NCBI GenBank assembly: GCA_965637545.1
Contig: OZ281497.1
Coordinates: 20,956,001-21,020,000 of the forward strand
Direction: 5' to 3'
Length of the DNA: 64,000 bases
Origin: Phallusia mammillata
Taxonomy: Eukaryota
Shown: piece after piece, positions 59,874 through 64,000 of the stretch
Numbering within the stretch: position 1 is the first letter of the stretch
Layout: the number at the start of each line of letters is the position of its first letter
Made by a program: the position numbers and the translations under genes
Notes under the pieces: model-generated
Databases searched by the model: none
Told to the model about the DNA's origin: nothing
What the model saw: only the letters and a program-made list of their open reading frames with translations

Positions 59874-62800
59874 TTAAACACCGTTGATATTTTGCAAGGC
59901 AGCTGCTACAAACAAAATAACAAAGAAATAAGTGCAATTTAACTTTACAGCAGCACTAGTTGTTTCCTCTTCTTGAATTGGGGTGTTCGATGTGGGAGTC
60001 GTAGTTGTTGCAGCGGTGGGTTTATCAGTTGGGCGGTCAGTGGGAGTGTTGGTGGTGACTTGAGGACAGTTGGGTGTATCGTTCACATAAGGAATGTCGA
60101 TTTCTAATGCAGGCCAACTATATTCAACCTGAGAATTTGACGCACGTTTTACCAGAAATTAATTTTTGAGGGATCCATCTTTTTACACAAGTATGAAATC
60201 GGATGTTGCATTGGAACTTAGAACATAACAAAAGTTTTTGGCCAAAACGTAAGAAAATGACCCTATCCAGCTTTCAAATATTCATGTGATAGTAATCGAG
60301 CTTCCTTTCTAAATACTTTTTTCGGTTAAAGTTACTCAGATCTGTGATAATCCGTTTGAAAAAAAGTTGACAAAAGGAAAAAAGAAATCATATAAATCGA
60401 ATAATCACTATTACCTCCACGGGATTGCCTTTGGTTGAATAGCAATTTTGAGTTCTCGTCATCATTTTGGCTGCTGAGCTAAAATCGTCGGCCGATGCTT
60501 CATCCCAATTAAGCTGAAAATATGTATGTGTCCCCACAAAGCGAGGGTATTGCCAAAATTACATAGTTGGCCTTTAGCCAATTTACAATGTTACTCTATC
60601 AACTGTGCCAAGGATTTTTTCTCTTTGTCAGAATAAAAGTGTCTGAACATTTGATTTAGTCTGAAATAAACTTTATGAGACACAACGTGATCATTTTATA
60701 CTGCTATTTTACCGAATTGAGAAATTCCAGGACAGTTTGATTGGCGTATTCGGGGGGAGACTCGATCATGAAGTTGTTTAAATTAGGAACATCGGCATCG
60801 CCTACAAAGCTTTAAACAAATAATGTGTGTTTGTATTGCCTTGAGATAAAAATAAAAACTTCAGTAGTAAGTTTTATACTTTAAACCGGAGTTGTAGAAG
60901 GGCCAAACAGGGCCTGAACCTAAGAATAAAAGCTCAAAACTGACCAGAAAAATAAGCCAGAAAAAAATAAAAAGTAACAAATCGCGCAAAACAATGCCGA
61001 GTGTAAAGTCAGGCTCGAACCAAGTCCGTCTTATTGAAACTTTAAGCATGGACCATAAAAACTTGGCTCGACGTACATCTCTGTATCAAACCCTAAAATA
61101 CTTGTATTTAATAGCTTGTACCTTACCTCACCATGACGATGCCAAAGTAATTTAGCAGTTCACGTAAATCCGCTCCTGTTTCACAAAATCCCAAAGACAT
61201 TTTTGGATAGTAATAGACATAGGATAAACACATTTCCTCACTGGTCGACAGTCCACCCTAAAACGAGAACAACAAGAGATGAATAAACGAAAAAACACAA
61301 TTTATAAAACATATTTACTGCAACTAAATCAGTCCTTTTATAGCGCGTATTTTTCATTGGCTTTGTACACTTGACAACAAAATTTGAAAAATGCAGTCTT
61401 GGTCAATAATAATTCTATTCTAAACCCTATATTTGGGTATTGGTACCACGACCTTTTTAACCAAAACTAGGTTTAGAAAATGCAACCTTTTAGGCAGCTG
61501 TAATTACAATAGTCTTTTGATAAATGAGCAAAACAATCATGTCCACTTACCAACGTGACATCGGATTTTGTTAAAGAATTGTAATTGCAAATCATCTGCA
61601 TGGAGTCGCCCTGCTTAATCACACGTTCTTCCAATAAAAATCGAGTCTCTTGAAAGTTAAAGTCATATGAAGAATCTTTGGCCACGTATGGAAGTTCCGT
61701 GCCGTTCCTAAAACAAATCCATAATTAAACTCAAAATTCACATATATTTGAACCTTCGTGTTGAAAGATAGCACAAAATGGTCGCATTTACCTCACATGT
61801 TTCAGCGTAAGTTCCTTGCCCAACAAATGACTGTGCAATAACACTGCAAACACATTCAAAGAGTCCTGACCTTCCGATATCATGTGCTGCGTTACAAAAT
61901 AATGCAACACTGTTTTAGTGATTTACCAATCTTTTCCACGATCAGTTGCAGTTTTATTTTGCTTACCGATCCTAAACAATTGTCTGTGCATTCGCTGTAA
62001 TCGAGAAAGGTTTCAGCGCGTGGTGGAATGATATGAGAAACACCACTAACAGTATGACCGACTTCTAGTATACCGGAATCATGTGTGCGCAAGTCAGGGG
62101 TATAATAGAACCGCAGGCCCGAAGAATCGACAATATCTAATAAGATGTAGAGAAGGGTTAAATAAAATAAAGCATGTGATTTGTTTTCCATCGGTCCGGT
62201 ATCCAAAATTAAAATACGTGTACGATTTACCAATATATTCATATACACGTATTATTAAACGTCAAGATAAAATAACGAACGTGAATACCTCAAATTGTAA
62301 TAAATTTATATTTTCTGTATGTACGTAATCATTTAGAAAATTGTAACTACTATATCGTAAGGAAATTAAGTGCACTAGTGGTGTGCGTTGAGCTAAAAAC
62401 GTGAAAAGTACAGAATTTAACACGATATAACCTGGTTTGATTTCAGGATTGTCGTAATGAGTTTCCAATACGACGTACTTCGGTGCGTCTGGTGTTCCCA
62501 AAGGATATCCAGTATGTTTAGGAAAGTGGAAGGCCTGGAGTAAAAAACACTGTAAAACTGGAGTAGGTACCAGACATTAGGTCAGTCTGTGTATTTTGTT
62601 GTTATACAAGATAAGTTCATTTCGAGCATCGTCAGTGTCTAAAAAGCAAAGAGTGTATTAAAGGTACATATCAATTTTCTTGATTTTCACTTACCCCTCC
62701 CCCGATAGCCCAGGCAATGATAACAAACTCGCAGCTGTGAAAGTCTTCAGGCATATTGCTGCTGTAACATTTCGCGTCTTCGTTAACAAGGGTCTGTAAA

Positions 62801-64000
62801 AAGTTAGATATAATATCAACATCTTTATATCGTAGTGAGTGTGTTAATTGATAAAAAGCTCCTCTGGCTATTTTTCTCCCTTTTACAACCGATACTGTGA
62901 ATCCAAGCGCTCTTATTATTGATGTAGCAAGAGTTTTTTGGCCGTTTATGTACAAATAAGAATATTAAGCTGGAAAAACTGAATCGCAAATCTATTTTTA
63001 AGGTAACGAAAATAATTTAAAGAATTGGATCAGACGATATCAACCACACAAACCGAAAATTACTGCAGTAATTTTATGTTGGTGTAAAGTTAATCAGCAA
63101 ACCTTTAGCGTAAAAACAAAAAATCCAATTAACAAACTTACTATATTGGCGTCGTCAGTGCAATGGTAAACCAACATGTGGTGAACGGCGAGTTCGTTCC
63201 CTGGCTGAACTATGGGTTCCACCTAGGACAAAAACAAACGCATAAAATCAAAAATATTATTGCTATAAAAAATGTTGTTCAACCTTGACTAAGTGATGTT
63301 TTTGTGTCATGTCAGGTATCTTTAGTAAACGACAATTGTAATAAGTATCCTCAGCTGGAGCATGAAAGTTGTCGTTGAGAAGGTCAAATGTCAAATGGGT
63401 TTCTCCTTCTGGAAACATGCTTTCGTCACTTCCCGCTGGATTAAGCAGCATAATGCTCTTCACGCCTAAACGAAATTGAATCGAGCTTTTGAAATATTGC
63501 TTTAAAAAAACCCTGTATGAAAGTAAAGGTGTAGATAGTACTTTTAACAAATATCAGTGCCACGTTGAAGCAGCTTGTTCTTTTAATGTTATGTCGACAA
63601 TGTTACTACCTCTGTTGGTGGTTGCATGTTGGTCTTCAAAACCGAAATCATCTCCGGCAGGATCGACGATTCCCCACGCGTATATCATTTGCAGCGTGTC
63701 GGCCTTGAATTCAATAGTTGGTTGTGGTAAAGCATTAACTTTAATGCTGAACTTCGTTTGTTACTGCGCCTTTTTAAACACCGCATTTCCAGGACAAACA
63801 TGCTATAACACTACTAACCGAAATATCAAGCAAAACTAAAGTCACAACCACAAGAAACAGGTGATTATATAGCACAATTGCTTCTGAAGAAGACCATTTC
63901 ATACCGTTATATCGACATCTTCATTATCACAAGTGACAAGCAGACGCCGAAACTTAATCACAGTGTAACCATCAACTTCCATTCCCTCCAATAACTCAAT
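59874..64000 (-). CDS. MOXD1: DBH-like copper monooxygenase (MOXD1-like) paralogue 4, 5' end beyond window
   Basis: Exons 64000-63905 (partial exon 3), 63703-63610, 63465-63284, 63222-63142, 62793-62695, 62534-62432, 62136-61967, 61886-61792, 61707-61551, 61257-61127, 60809-60713, 60513-60415, 60128-59874. Same exon sizes as the paralogues; VHH, ETHY, HSH and EMC intact. Symbol is family-level only. Confidence 0.9.
60887..61083 (+). mobile_element. Degenerate MITE of the 38152-38513 family in intron 12 of paralogue 4
   Basis: CGGAGTTGTAGAAGGGCC start, internal CCGAGTGTAAAGTCAGGCTCGAACCC, end GTACATCTCTG; flanks match only 5 of 8. Confidence 0.55.

Overview
AT-rich, intron-dense animal genomic DNA, most likely an ascidian tunicate (inferred from compact GT-AG introns, the 7TM family type and splice acceptors just upstream of start codons; not proven). 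Plus strand: (i) the 3' part of a large secreted-type protein gene, with three near-identical ~3.26-kb tandem cassettes each adding one VWA domain and a Thr-rich linker, then seven phase-1 micro-exons encoding a glycosylated Pro/Thr stalk and a 120-aa Trp/Tyr-heptad C-terminal domain I do not recognise; (ii) an orphan gene made of two homologous ~160-aa units. A minimal hammerhead-ribozyme-like motif lies, in sense orientation, in an intron of the repeated cassette. Minus strand, all co-oriented from 21 to 64 kb: an intronless-ORF atypical 7TM receptor, two intronless SLC49/FLVCR-like MFS transporters, and four tandem DBH/MOXD1-like copper monooxygenase genes. Three of the monooxygenases are complete (15 coding exons) and one is cut by the window end; all copper ligands are kept, while active-site acidic residues and stalk lengths differ. 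Introns and intergenic DNA carry several hAT-type MITEs with 8-bp TSDs (one nested pair), a pogo-like MITE and a tRNA-derived SINE-like head. All exon coordinates and alignments were derived by hand; no database search was possible.
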